64,000 nt of DNA from Antedon mediterranea (taxonomy: Eukaryota; Animalia; Echinodermata): NCBI RefSeq assembly GCF_964355755.1, contig NC_092675.1, forward strand, positions 3,777,812-3,841,811. Reading direction: 5' to 3'. Each line of letters starts with the position of its first letter. Position 1 is the stretch's first letter. This document shows positions 1 to 11,900 of this stretch, in pieces. The notes under the pieces were generated by a model. It was not told the origin of the DNA. It did not search any database and saw only the letters and a list, made by a program, of their open reading frames with translations. The translations under genes and the position numbers were made by a program.

Positions 1-344
1 TATTTACAAAATGTTTTCCCCGTGAACATTGTGATAAATTGGCCTAAAATACAGTACATGAACCATGTTTAAAATGAAATGATTACGGTAGGTACCTACA
101 TTCACAAAGCAAGCAATAACGCAATGACCCTGTCAAATGTTAATATTATGCGTAAAGGCCGGCCAGCGGCAAATCGTAGGATAATTATACATAATAAATC
201 AAAATACATTCATTCAAGATTGGACTGGATTAAAAGTTTCTTTCATTATAAATAAAAGTAAATTATTTTGGAAATGGAGGGCCATAGATTTTACATGAGT
301 GAGTAAAGTCGCTATTAAAATGTCTTCATGATTATTGATATTAA

Positions 345-522
345 TGTAAATTCTCTGTTTCACTTTCTGAATCATCTGAATCATCACTCCAAGCAATTTC
401 GAAAGATGAATCATCATCGTCATACTCAGCAGCGTAAATTCTCTGTTTCACTTTCTGAATCATCTGAATCATCACTCCAAGCAATTTCGAAAGATGAATC
501 GTCATCATCATCGTCATACTCA
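345..522. repeat. Local ~88-bp tandem duplication of the acidic tail of the transposon fragment
   Basis: gtaaattctctgtttcactttctgaatcatctgaatcatcactccaagcaatttcgaaagatgaatc occurs at ~346 and ~434. Confidence 0.9.
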
Positions 523-1226
523 GCAGCAACATCTGGCTGGACACTCTGGATATTCACTGTAACATCTTCCTCTTCGTGAAAAAAAGAATCTGGCATTGCA
601 TGTCCCAAATACCAGTCAGGAATATAGCATCCGTTGCTTTCCTTCCATCCGTAATTGAGAGGATCCAAGCCATGTCCTGAATGTGCAGAGTTGGCATTTC
701 CCCACAGAATGCTGATAAAATGTGCCTCTTGCAATTTGTTATGCAAGGTGTTCGCACAAGGCGGTAGAAGTGCACAGTCCACTTTCTTCACGTTGGACAT
801 TGGGTTCTCCTAAAACAAATTAAGATAATATAGATGATTAGTTATCAATGTGTTAAATTCATTTTAAATCTTGTTCAATACTGGTAATAATATTTTTAAT
901 TAATGCTACTTTGTGTTAATCATCCACAGACAAGAACACTTATAATGAAATACAGTATTGTAGTTTAGGTTGCTGTTATGGATTCATTATTTTCCTTTTT
1001 ATGAAATGTGATGATATAGTACCTATAGTATCCATTCTCCCTGTCATCTGACACAGTTTATGAACCTGGCATCATTGACATCTTTGACATCACCCTTTAA
1101 GCCATACATGGAACAGACAAACTCTTCTGCTATTCTCTGGTCTGGTTCATCGTCAGAAGCCAGTCTACTAAAGAATTCAATCAATGTTCCTTCTGTGTCT
1201 TTTACAATTACTTCAAAGGGCTTCAA
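426..1226 (-). pseudogene. Degenerate C-terminal fragment of a DNA-transposon-associated protein (AcademX-like family suspected), spliced, frameshifted
   Basis: ORFs 1044-1226 (AEEFVCSMYG..VNDARF) and 426-800 (LLPPC..L..K...A..IS.LW...DPLNYGW....PDW) match the FVC.lYG / LPP / P..YGW pattern of invertebrate transposon proteins. An apparent 1-bp deletion near 1058 breaks the frame, and a GT-AG intron is plausible at ~1023-811. The family assignment is from memory, not a search. Confidence 0.5.
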
Positions 1227-1892
1227 TTTTCGTTTCCTTTTCGATCAAAGTTTATTATTAGTTTGTCGAAAAAGATCCGTACAGTATTTAGGAAGGATTT
1301 ATTTAAATTTACATTATGTAATATTTGTTATGAAGTGTGATGGAAACAGTTTCTCTAGCCTATTAAACAGTGTGTAAGCATCTATTTTTCAAAACATTTT
1401 CGGAGCCAAACCCTCCCCCGCTCGGTGCTACGCACCTCATTTGCCACTTTCGTGGCCACCCCCCCTCGTCAGATCCTAGATCCGCCACTGACAGTTACAA
1501 TTAACACAGTGTATAATGTCCTTATCAAACCTTAATATAAAAGTATAGTATAGTCCTATCCTTTTTTTCAGTTATCCTACATTATTTCAAATTAATTACG
1601 CTCTCTCGGTATCAATGACAACCACAGTGAAGTGCCAGTACCGATATAAGCCTATATCGGATCATTTTACCCCAGGCTTTACTCACCTAAGCTATACTGT
1701 GAGGTTATTGGCTAGAATTGAACCAGGCCGTCTGTAGACGAAACCGGGGACGAAACACAAACTCAGCTCATGTTCTACAGTTAGTAAAGTGTTTAGTTTG
1801 ATTACAAATACTTATTGTCATCAAGATACCCCTACTTCTTTGATCTTGACGCCGCATATTTATTGTTGAATAGTATCTTAAATAAGGGTCGA

Positions 1893-2725
1893 CTTTTCGG
1901 GGGTGTCTGGCGGGACATATACAGCGGATAATTTGTCTGGCAATGCACTTTTTATACTTAGTAGAGTATGTTTGTTAATTCTAAGGCGTGTCTGGCGGGG
2001 CTAATACAGTGGATAATTTGTCTGGCAGGGGTCATTCTGTACTCTGTTAAATGTACCTAGTCATTTAAACTTGGTTTCATGTGGTACTTTCCATATTTAT
2101 TTTGGCCCAATTATATCACGGTGTTAACAGGGGGAAACTTTCGGGGGTGTCTGGCGGGACATATACGGCGGATAATTTGTCTGGCAATGCACTTTTTATA
2201 GTTAGTAGAGTATGTTTGTTAATTCTATGTTGATTTTATTTGGTATCTCCAAAACATGATCTAGCCCAAATTTAGGACCCCTTAGGGCGTGTCTGGCGGG
2301 GCTAATACAGTTGATAATTTTTCTGGCAGGGGTCATTCTGTACTCTGTTAAATGTACCTAGTCATTTAAACTTGGTTTCATGTGGTACTTTCCATATTTA
2401 TTTTGGCCCAATTATATCACGGTGTTAACAGGGGGAAACTTTCTGGGGTGTCTGGCGGGACATATACGGCGGATAATTTGTCTGGCAATGTACTTTTTAC
2501 ACTTAGTAGAGTATGTTTGTTAATTCTAAGTTGATTTTATTTGGTATCTTCAAAACATGATCTAGCCCAAATTTAGTGACCCTTTTTGGGCGTGTCTGGC
2601 GGGGCTAATACAGTGGATAATTTGTCTGGCAATCCACTTTTTATACTTAGTAGAGTATGTTTGTTAATTCTAAGTTGCTTTTATGTGGTATCCCCAAAAC
2701 ATGATCTAGCCCATTTTTCTGACCC
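1893..2725. repeat. Complex tandem repeat (~250-300 bp units) built on gtgtctggcggg / ggataatttgtctggc motifs
   Basis: Near-identical blocks start at ~1895, ~2139 and ~2440, each with repeated GTGTCTGGCGGG..ATACAG.GGATAATTTGTCTGGCA sub-motifs. Confidence 0.85.
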
Positions 2726-3832
2726 TTAATTGGTGCTCCAGGGGCCACACCCAGCAGGGGGACCCGGCAGACGTCCATATATTGATATATTGTGTTACGT
2801 AATAAATATTCCTGTACTCGGATATTGGTACCTTGTTCGCTTGATCGAAATGCGCTTGGCTGCCGGTCTATATCTTTGGCTGGAATTTGAGGGCGCAGTT
2901 TAGGATATAGGAAACTAAAAACAACAAAAAAACAAAGTCAACGGGAAGCGAAGGAGGAGGAGAGGATACACACATAACTTCACACAAATAGAGACGAGAC
3001 GCATAGGCTAGGCCTAGGTGAGCAAAATCTTCACCTGTAGTTGGTAAGCAAATACAATATTAGGATTAAATCATAAACTGTCACTTAACTACTGATTAAA
3101 TCCATGGAAATTACCTCCATGGTAAATCTACCACCAGCGCTGCAGCCTTATCATACAGTGATCAGGGCCAGTTACGCCATCCAGCAGGGCCTGTGTGGGG
3201 ACAAGACTATACGATACCTGCCCTAGAGCTTATGTAAATCCAGGCCTACTCAAGTGCTACACTCATCCTCGACCTACTACAGTATATAGTAGAGGCGTAG
3301 TTTGAGAATCTGGCTTACATAAGGTTGATTGCAAATAGGGTGCGTGGCGCATTATGAAGGACTGGAAGGGTTGGGAGTCGAGCAAACGTCACAAATGAGT
3401 GATTTGTGATTTATATGTACGTGTCAAGAAGTTTGCTCCCAGGGCCAGAACCCTTCCTTGCGAAATTAAGATATTTTCGATAAACCTTATTAGTATATCA
3501 GATAGATATGCTATACGCAATACAAATGATTTTAAATTGCAATTTTCCAGTCCAATTTGAAATTGTTCCAAGGATTTCCTGCAATTTCATATTGTGCTGT
3601 GCAATTTTGTTGAACACACAATAACAACAAGCATAAAAGTAGAAGCTCCATATTTACTCATCCTTGCGCAATTTCAAATTGTGCGAATCATTCAAATTGC
3701 GCATACATTTTGGGAGGCTCCCGGAGAAATCTTGAGGGTTGGAATGTCCCCAGTAGGTCTATGCCCCTTCCTCTTATTTCCCAACATCCTGAATCATCCC
3801 CTGGTTCCTTTAATCCCAAACTTTATCAACCT

Positions 3833-3998
3833 AAAGCCAATTTTCCACTAGGCGCATTTTGTTAGTGCTAATCGAAAACATCAGCTTATACGCATGCATA
3901 TTTATATTTTATCTACCAAATCCATCCGTCTACGCATGAATATAAGCTGACACTTTCGATTTGCACAAACAAATTCGCCTAGTGCAAAATATGTTTAA
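3833..3998. mobile_element. Near-palindromic MITE
   Basis: ttttccactaggcgcattttgtt...cagcttata is mirrored by tataagctg...aaacaaattcgcctagtgcaaaa. Confidence 0.6.
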
Positions 3999-4014
3999 AG
4001 TCCTCACATGTGCA

Positions 4015-4616
4015 TTAAAGCTCAGGTACAGGCATGAATTTTAAATATAATATTTGATTAATTGTACATAAATCAAATATTTGTAACAGAAATCAAGACG
4101 AAAAAACATCAATTTCCTGTATTATGGTCAAATACAAAATTTGGCAAAATTCTTCCATAAAAACCAGGATAATTTTTTTTCAGTAGTTAGGTAGTTAACC
4201 TAATGTAATAACATGTCTGGTGACTCCCTAGACGGTGAAAAAAGATGGTGGATATACAGTGGATAATTTTTGCTATAGCATGAAAATAAAAATCTGAAGT
4301 TGAATAAAAATATCAGAAATGTAATATTTAAGTTATATTACCTATATTTAGTCATCTGATAACATTTTTTACCACACCGTTTATTTTTCATAGCTTTTTA
4401 AAACGCCTCTCTATTTACAAAATTTGTGTACAAAAGAATAGAGATTTTACTGTGTAATTTGAACTATCCCCTCACTGATAAGAAAGTGCTTATTTTCAAC
4501 AAGCTTGTGTAACACAAATAAAATCCCAAAAATTATGAAACATAGGGGAAACTATAGATCGATAATTATTGGAATGTATGATCAATAGAAATTCTTTGCC
4601 CGCACCTGGCCTTTAA
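4015..4616. mobile_element. TTAA-flanked non-autonomous DNA transposon (Kolobok/piggyBac-like ends)
   Basis: Start ttaaagctcaggtacaggcatgaattt versus reverse complement of the end ttaaaggccaggtgcgggcaaagaattt. Confidence 0.55.
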
Positions 4617-5961
4617 GATGGTTCATAGTTATACTACCACTACTGAATCCAGCTCTGAAGAAATTAACAAATAACAACAATCTTTTTTTATCGAGGTCTT
4701 TGATAATGCATGACATTGACAACAAGCCTTAATTTCCAAGTATGGATCGTGCGCCAACAATTAGTTCAAATTTCACAGCAGTTAAAGTTGCAGGTATTAT
4801 ATATTTTCATATCTTCGCAATATCATACATTTCTTTTGTCTCAAGTGTGGCTGAATATTTGTATCTAAAATGGTTCTTGTGATGCTTTTCCTCCTATCCA
4901 CTACTGCCTCAGTAGCCTTAACAGCTTACTGGTATGTGTGTCTAAAACTGTCTTTTAAAATTGTATTTTTTTATTATATAAATTGCATGATATTGTGTAG
5001 TTTTAAAGTAGAGTATTTAAGGAAATAGAGTACTAGTACAGTAGCAACCCAGAAGAAAAGGATTTATCAGTAGGCTACCTCGTACTTGTTATCTGTTGAT
5101 GTAGCAGAATTCTGGGAGTTTCTAATGGGAACTATTCACTTTTTATTAATCCTGACCTTGTGCTGAATTATACCTCTGTTAATTTTTAGCTAAACCATGA
5201 CACAAACAATTATTTTATTTTATAATAAAATAATAATAGATAGATTTATATAGCGCAAATAAACGATGTCTCTATGTGCTCGACAATAAAGAGAAAGAGT
5301 GGAAAACAAAAGGAAGAAAACAAAAAGACAAAACCACCAAGCTAGCACCCAAACTGGGGTACACCATCACTGCTAACTGGGGATCAGTTATCAAATTATT
5401 TATCTTAGTTAATTGTTAATTATTATTTAATTATAGCCTTGTAAATAATAATCACTATATTATTACGGTATAATATATTATGATAGATTAATATGATTGA
5501 TTGAAATTAGTTCCTAAATTAGTAAATGACATTGAAAACGAGCTTTAATTAGCAATCTGGCTTGCCACTTTCACGTTCTCTCTATCCCCTGATGTTTACT
5601 TATGAATAGTGTGCTGGCCTGGATTTCAATTAAATTGAATTTCCATACTGGTAATTAAACAGCTGTGTTCAAATCTATATAATTATAATAATGACTATTA
5701 TTATAACAAGCCATTACCTTGTTTTATGTCATCTTGCTGTTGTTGTCAATGTTTATCTACCAATTCTGCATGGTATGTTTCACGTTTGATTTGAATCTTT
5801 TTTAATAGGTTGTTTGCTGGTATAATAGTGACAACACTGATTTGTTCGTTCACGGATTGTGATGTTGGGCACAGTTATTAAATTGTTGCACTCGTGGCTT
5901 TAGTTTTTTTTGTTAATTTCCACATTGTGTTGTTTCATGTTGTCTGATGTAGTTTGTAGAA

Positions 5962-8900
5962 ATGGCTGAAGTTGAGCAACAAAAATTCACAAAAACAGCT
6001 TCAAAAAAGTACCAACAAGGTGAGTGTGTTTCTGTAGTAAAATATTTATGCTTAGATTTGTATCAATGTATTTATTTCATTTATAAATATTAAAGATGTA
6101 TTGTCCCCCTGAAAAATAATTTTTTAAATTTTTTTTTGTGAATATGACACTTTATTGTCACATAATAGTTATTGACTTCGACCAAAAATTGAATAGAAAA
6201 AAAAAATTATTTACCTGAAAAAATGGAATTTAAAGCAAAAAATTGTCAAATTGGATGCCAGCCAATGGATTTTTGATTGAATTTAACCATTTAGTAAGTA
6301 AGTGAAAACATTATTTTTCTTGGTTTTTTCTACGGAAGTGATTCACTTTATTAAAGCTACAAAATAACATATTCAAAGTCTGATTTAATTAATCTTCATT
6401 TTTCATGTTTTTGTCTACAATTTAAGATATTGTTTTTCAATATAAAACCAATCTGGGTGTATTTATAGTGTTCTAATTAATTTATACATCTTATTCTAGA
6501 TATGTTTTAAGCTTGGTTAGTTTTGAATATTAATAAGCATCCTTTACTATTTAAGATCACAAGTCTGGTTTTCTATTGTTTTTCATACAGCTTGTAGGAA
6601 AACAACATAACATCTGGGTGTATTTATAGAGTCTGACTTCATTTATAAATGTCATATTAATTATGAATATTAAAGAGTTTCATCTACAAATTCAATTACA
6701 ATACTGATTTCAATATAAAACTAGTCTGGGTGTGCATATTTTTAAGGTCTGCAATCATTTCTAAATGCTTTTTTGAATTAAAATGTTAGCCTAGATTCAT
6801 TTTAATTATGAACATTGAACATCTACAAAATTCAAACTAAAAAAACTTAATGTTTTCTATTACAATGACCATTTCTGTGGTCTAAAATGAACTCTAGAAG
6901 CTTAAACAGAAACTCAGTCCTAAGATAGGCTCAGTGCTAGGACCAACAGTGTAGTAAGTGAGTGTAGAGAGAAATAAGAAAGAAATAGCCCTAGAGATCA
7001 AATAGAGCTTCCAAATGACAATCAAAGTATGTATATTGGGAAAAGGAGCTTTCCATTTGAGAGACCTACTTATTAACAAGCTGAGGTCAGGTCAATCAAT
7101 GTTTCATCGGTTCGTCCAAACTGTTGGGTTGATGAGTGAGGAAGCATGCCCAAACTTCCCTGCATGCGGACAATTAAATATGGCAAAGTTGTCGTTCGTT
7201 CGTTGCATATCGCAAGCTGGTTAATAATATTCCTCTTGTCAATGTCAGCAACCTGTCAAAAACATAAATTTTGACTAGTGGATTATGCACAGTGCAGAGG
7301 CGTGTAAAGTAATTTGCATTTAAACACAATATGCTGGTATTTAACATTGAGAAATTTTTATAATAAAGAAAATGTTTATATTAGGTAAATTTAAGTATTC
7401 TAGTTAATGTTAATGTTAGAACCACCTTTTTAGGACACCCCATTTAAAGAACACTTTGTTGGGTCCCCAAAGGAGCCCCTAATAATGGGTCTACTGTATA
7501 TAAATTAAATTTAAAGAGAGAAAAATAAAATGCATACTGATATATGTTATAAGGATGTAAATTTTCAATTTTTATTATAGTAGAATCTCTATTAAAGGGA
7601 CACATTTAGGAACCACCAAAGTTTCCCCTTTAAGCGGGGTTCCCACTAGCGACGCAACACAAGGACGTAACGCAACACAAGTGAATTGACCAATCACAAG
7701 CAATGGCTTATTCACTTGTGATTGTTAACTGTCTATAACTTCGCTTGTCATTGGTTAAAACGCTTGCGTTGCGTTTACATCCTTGCGTTACGTTCTAGTG
7801 GGAACCAAGCTTAATATAGGTCTTCCCTGAATAAGGAATTGGCTACAGTATTAAAACATGTATTTCCAATCATTCATGTCATGGAAAAGTTTCTCCTTAA
7901 TAGGGGCGTCCCTTGAATAGGGGTGTTCTAAAGTACGACTTCTTTACTGTAGTTTTAATAGCTAGATTTAATGACAATTTTGTATCATTACTAACTAGGA
8001 ACATTTTAACAATTTAGCTAAATCTTGTGTGTACAGTATATTCAAAGGTTGTTTTATTTACATTTGTAGCCAAGATTTTTGGCAAGAAGTTTGCGAAAAC
8101 AAGTAAATTTGTTTACGCTAATCGACTATGGATGAATACAATCCCGACACGTGATTGCGACATTCTTATAACATTCCCCGAGAAGACTCAAGATGATACG
8201 TTGATGTGGTTATTGTCTCGTTTGCGTGCACGTACGCCCGAGATAGTTGTACAAGTTAGACATCATGGCAACACAGGAGTTCATGGTTTTTATCTTTCAG
8301 CCAACTATGAAAAGTAAGTTTTAGATTACTTTGCGCTTATGTGATTCCTTTTACATACAATTCCAAGATTTTATAATGTAAAATTGCATAATATTACATA
8401 TTTAAGTTTGATCATTCTGTTTTAACGCTGGTCAAACGTATTAAGTCCAATCACAGCCATTTGCTGTTTGTAGAGTACAACTTACTGCGTTCTGGCTATC
8501 AATTGCATAGTTATCATATCTATAACTACTAGGTATCATAATTCATTTGTTCCCAGCTCAATATAACATATAACAAGATGAGCAATAGATAGACTTGTAG
8601 ACTTAATCAACTTATTCCATTTTATATATTTAAATTTTTGTGCTTTTTTGTGTTTGTGTATGTCAAACATTAAATTTCCAATTTTTATATTTTTTATAAA
8701 TATTGGACAGTAAAAGTTTTTGAATTTAATTTGAATAATAATATTACAAAAACAGAATGCTTAGTAAATAAGCTATACTACTGCAGTCTGTGATAAAATT
8801 TAAAAAACACTGTATTGACTAGTTGAAGGTTGTATTTGCACATGCTGTGTCTGTTTACATGACACACTAGTAATGAGAACTTGTACAATATTATTATAAA

Positions 8901-11900
8901 CAAATAAATATAAAAGAAAAGAACAATAAATAAAACGGTACAACAGTACTGTAAGTAGAAGAGCATTGGGGATTGGCATGCTTTAATAATTGAACCGAAA
9001 GGACGTACTGTAACAAAAGATTTACACCATGTTAGCATGATTTATATATTAAAATATATTAATTAAAACTGGAGAACAGATATTTTAATCGACATAGATT
9101 TCCTGCGCATTTTTACAGTTTATTAAAAGGGGCAGAAAATCTAGCACTTCGTAAACCAATTAAAGAAGAATATGGCGGAGGTTTAAAAGAGTTTACGTGC
9201 GAAGAACGAGCAATCTTTGAAGGCATTGATAATCAAACTGAATTTCTCCCGTCACAAGTGAGTGTAGTGTTTATGTTATGTGAACACAGTAAAAAAACCG
9301 TAAAGCTCTGTCTACACTATCAAACCTTATGTGACAACATGTAGTGTGCCCATATATGGACATGATCATGTAATATCACTACCATATTTAAGCATATCAC
9401 TATCATATTTGTGCACATCACCTATGGGCATATCTGTTTGATAGTGTAGACAGAACTTTAAGGCTCTTTCATACAGTACATTGAAAAACCAGATGAAGAG
9501 GTAAACAAAGTAAATGAAAAGAAGTCTACGGTCATAATATTTAGTAATTAAAAATTCTTTTTCTTAGGACAGACAAGCAATTGTAATGCACATGCTTCAA
9601 AATTTAAGAGCAGTACAGAATGAGAGCCTTGGTAAGATTACATTCCATGATGGACAACCAATAGGTAAGTTTGTGCAAAGTAAGTACTGCTACTGTACAG
9701 TACAGTACATTCCTATTAAGGCCAACTCAAGCAGTGTCGTACGACGAAACGTCTTTACTCATCAGTGCTGTCTGATTTGAATCCCGATGAGACGAGTCAG
9801 CTTGAGAAAGCACGGGCATAATCTTTAGGTTGCCGAGTTAATTTTCTCCCGACGAGACAACTTGTCCGACATCGTAAAAAGCTGTCTGAGTTGGCCTTTA
9901 CAGTAGGCATACTATATAAGGCATGTGACGCAGTGTATTAGACGTTGGACTACTGATCGTGAGATCATGAGTCCAAATCCAACGCTTGTCGCATTGCTTG
10001 TATCATTAAGGTAAGACTCTTACCTTACATTTGCATCTCTCTACATAAAATGAATTAATAAATATTAATACGATAACTAAATATTGTTCATTGCAATTTT
10101 TTAATAGATATGCTATCTGATACGTACAGTAGATAATGTAGGAAACACGATAAATATATTATTTGTAAACAAACTAACTATAATGTAATTAAGTATATTC
10201 ATGATAGCAAAACCATTCAAGAAATTACAATAGTTTCTTGTTGCTATGGTTCTTCTTTATTAGAAGGTTGCTTCAAATATCAAACTAATTTATTATGGGT
10301 TCTCATCAATTGTGTCCATTAGATTAAAGAGACAGACAATAGCTGTTGTTACTGAAAGAATATTAAATGTCATAGAAAAAATTAGTTCTTTTTTTGTAAT
10401 GAGTTAAAATTCTCAATGATGACACAATGATGGAATATCTTATATTTTAAAGGAGAGTTTTTCTTTACCAAAGGGTGCTGCCAAGAAAGCTAATCCTTGA
10501 ATTGACTTTTGAACTTAGTAATATATTGGTTGTTTATATGTCAATTGTTTAAAGGGGCATTCATATTGCAGTGACATAAATTTTATCTTACCCAAATATG
10601 GATAATCAAAGTTTCTGGATGCCAACCTCCTCAACCAACCACACCACTCATGTAACGCAGAAATAGTGCATTACCTAAATTATTTTCTAAGATAACATAT
10701 TGCAAGATAGCTGATCTACTTCCTAAATACATGGAGGTATATAACTGAACCTAACCCTCTAATTAATATCTCTCAACTATTAATTATAAAAAAGAAATTC
10801 TTTTGATAGCCCTCGAAACCAGTGCTCCAATGTCATAGACTAAAAGCCTTTACCACTTGAACAAACATTTCAGTTGGCGAAACCTGTTGACATACAGGTA
10901 TTTAATCTCTCTCCATGCTTACAGTATATAGTGTTTCCTATAATGTCCTATATTATGTCATAATTATTATAATGAATTATTCATGTTTTCTGTTTTAAAC
11001 TCATAGAAAAAAAAAGAATGCATCCCCAAACCTGATATTTATTTATCAAATGAACCATATTCTGAAAATGCATTGTATAAATTTGTTTTGAATAAAAATT
11101 AAGTTCATTCTTTTTGTTGTTTGTATATTTTGTTCTCTTATTTTCAGTTTCTGTTCTATTGTCAAAGGGCGTAGTATCACAGGTGTTCCCGCTTCACAAT
11201 AATGATGACCTAGCAAAACTGAGACAGACATGGGTACAGGCTGTATTTAAAAAACAACCCTTAGGTAAAAGTTTAATCAATATAAATAATATAATTATTT
11301 AACTAGTGGATATATGTATAGAGTATGCACTTTATAAATTGACCTATTACTTGGTACAGGCTGTATTTAAAAAACAACCCTTAGGTAAAATTTCAATCAT
11401 TATATATAATAAATTATTGTACTATTGGATATGTATACAGTCTTTATAAATTGACCTATTACTGGGTACAGGCTGTATTTAAAAAACAACCCTTAGGTAA
11501 AAGTTTAATCAATATAAATAATATAATTATTTAACTAGTGGATATATGTATAGGACAGTATGCACTTTATAAATTGACCTATTACTGGGTACAGGCTGTA
11601 TTTAAAAAACAACCCTTAGGTAAAATTTTAATCAATATAAATAATATAATTATTTTACTAGTGGATATATGTATACAGTATGCACTTTATAAATTGACCT
11701 ATTACTGGGTACAGGCTGTATTTAAAAAACAACCCGGGTAATCAATATAAATAATAAATTAATTATTCAACTAGTTGATATGTATACTTATAAATTTACC
11801 TATTATTATTGCTTCTTATTATTGGTTAAATTACTTACATTGCGCATGCATCCTTGCGTTGTATCCAATTTAGAACCAAGTTTTTGACAAAACGTGATAT

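Noticed and set aside
11538-11741. ORF repeating [12 protein letters not shown] as an extra ANO8 exon
   Set aside because: Product of the exon-end tandem duplication; the ANO8 frame is complete without it.
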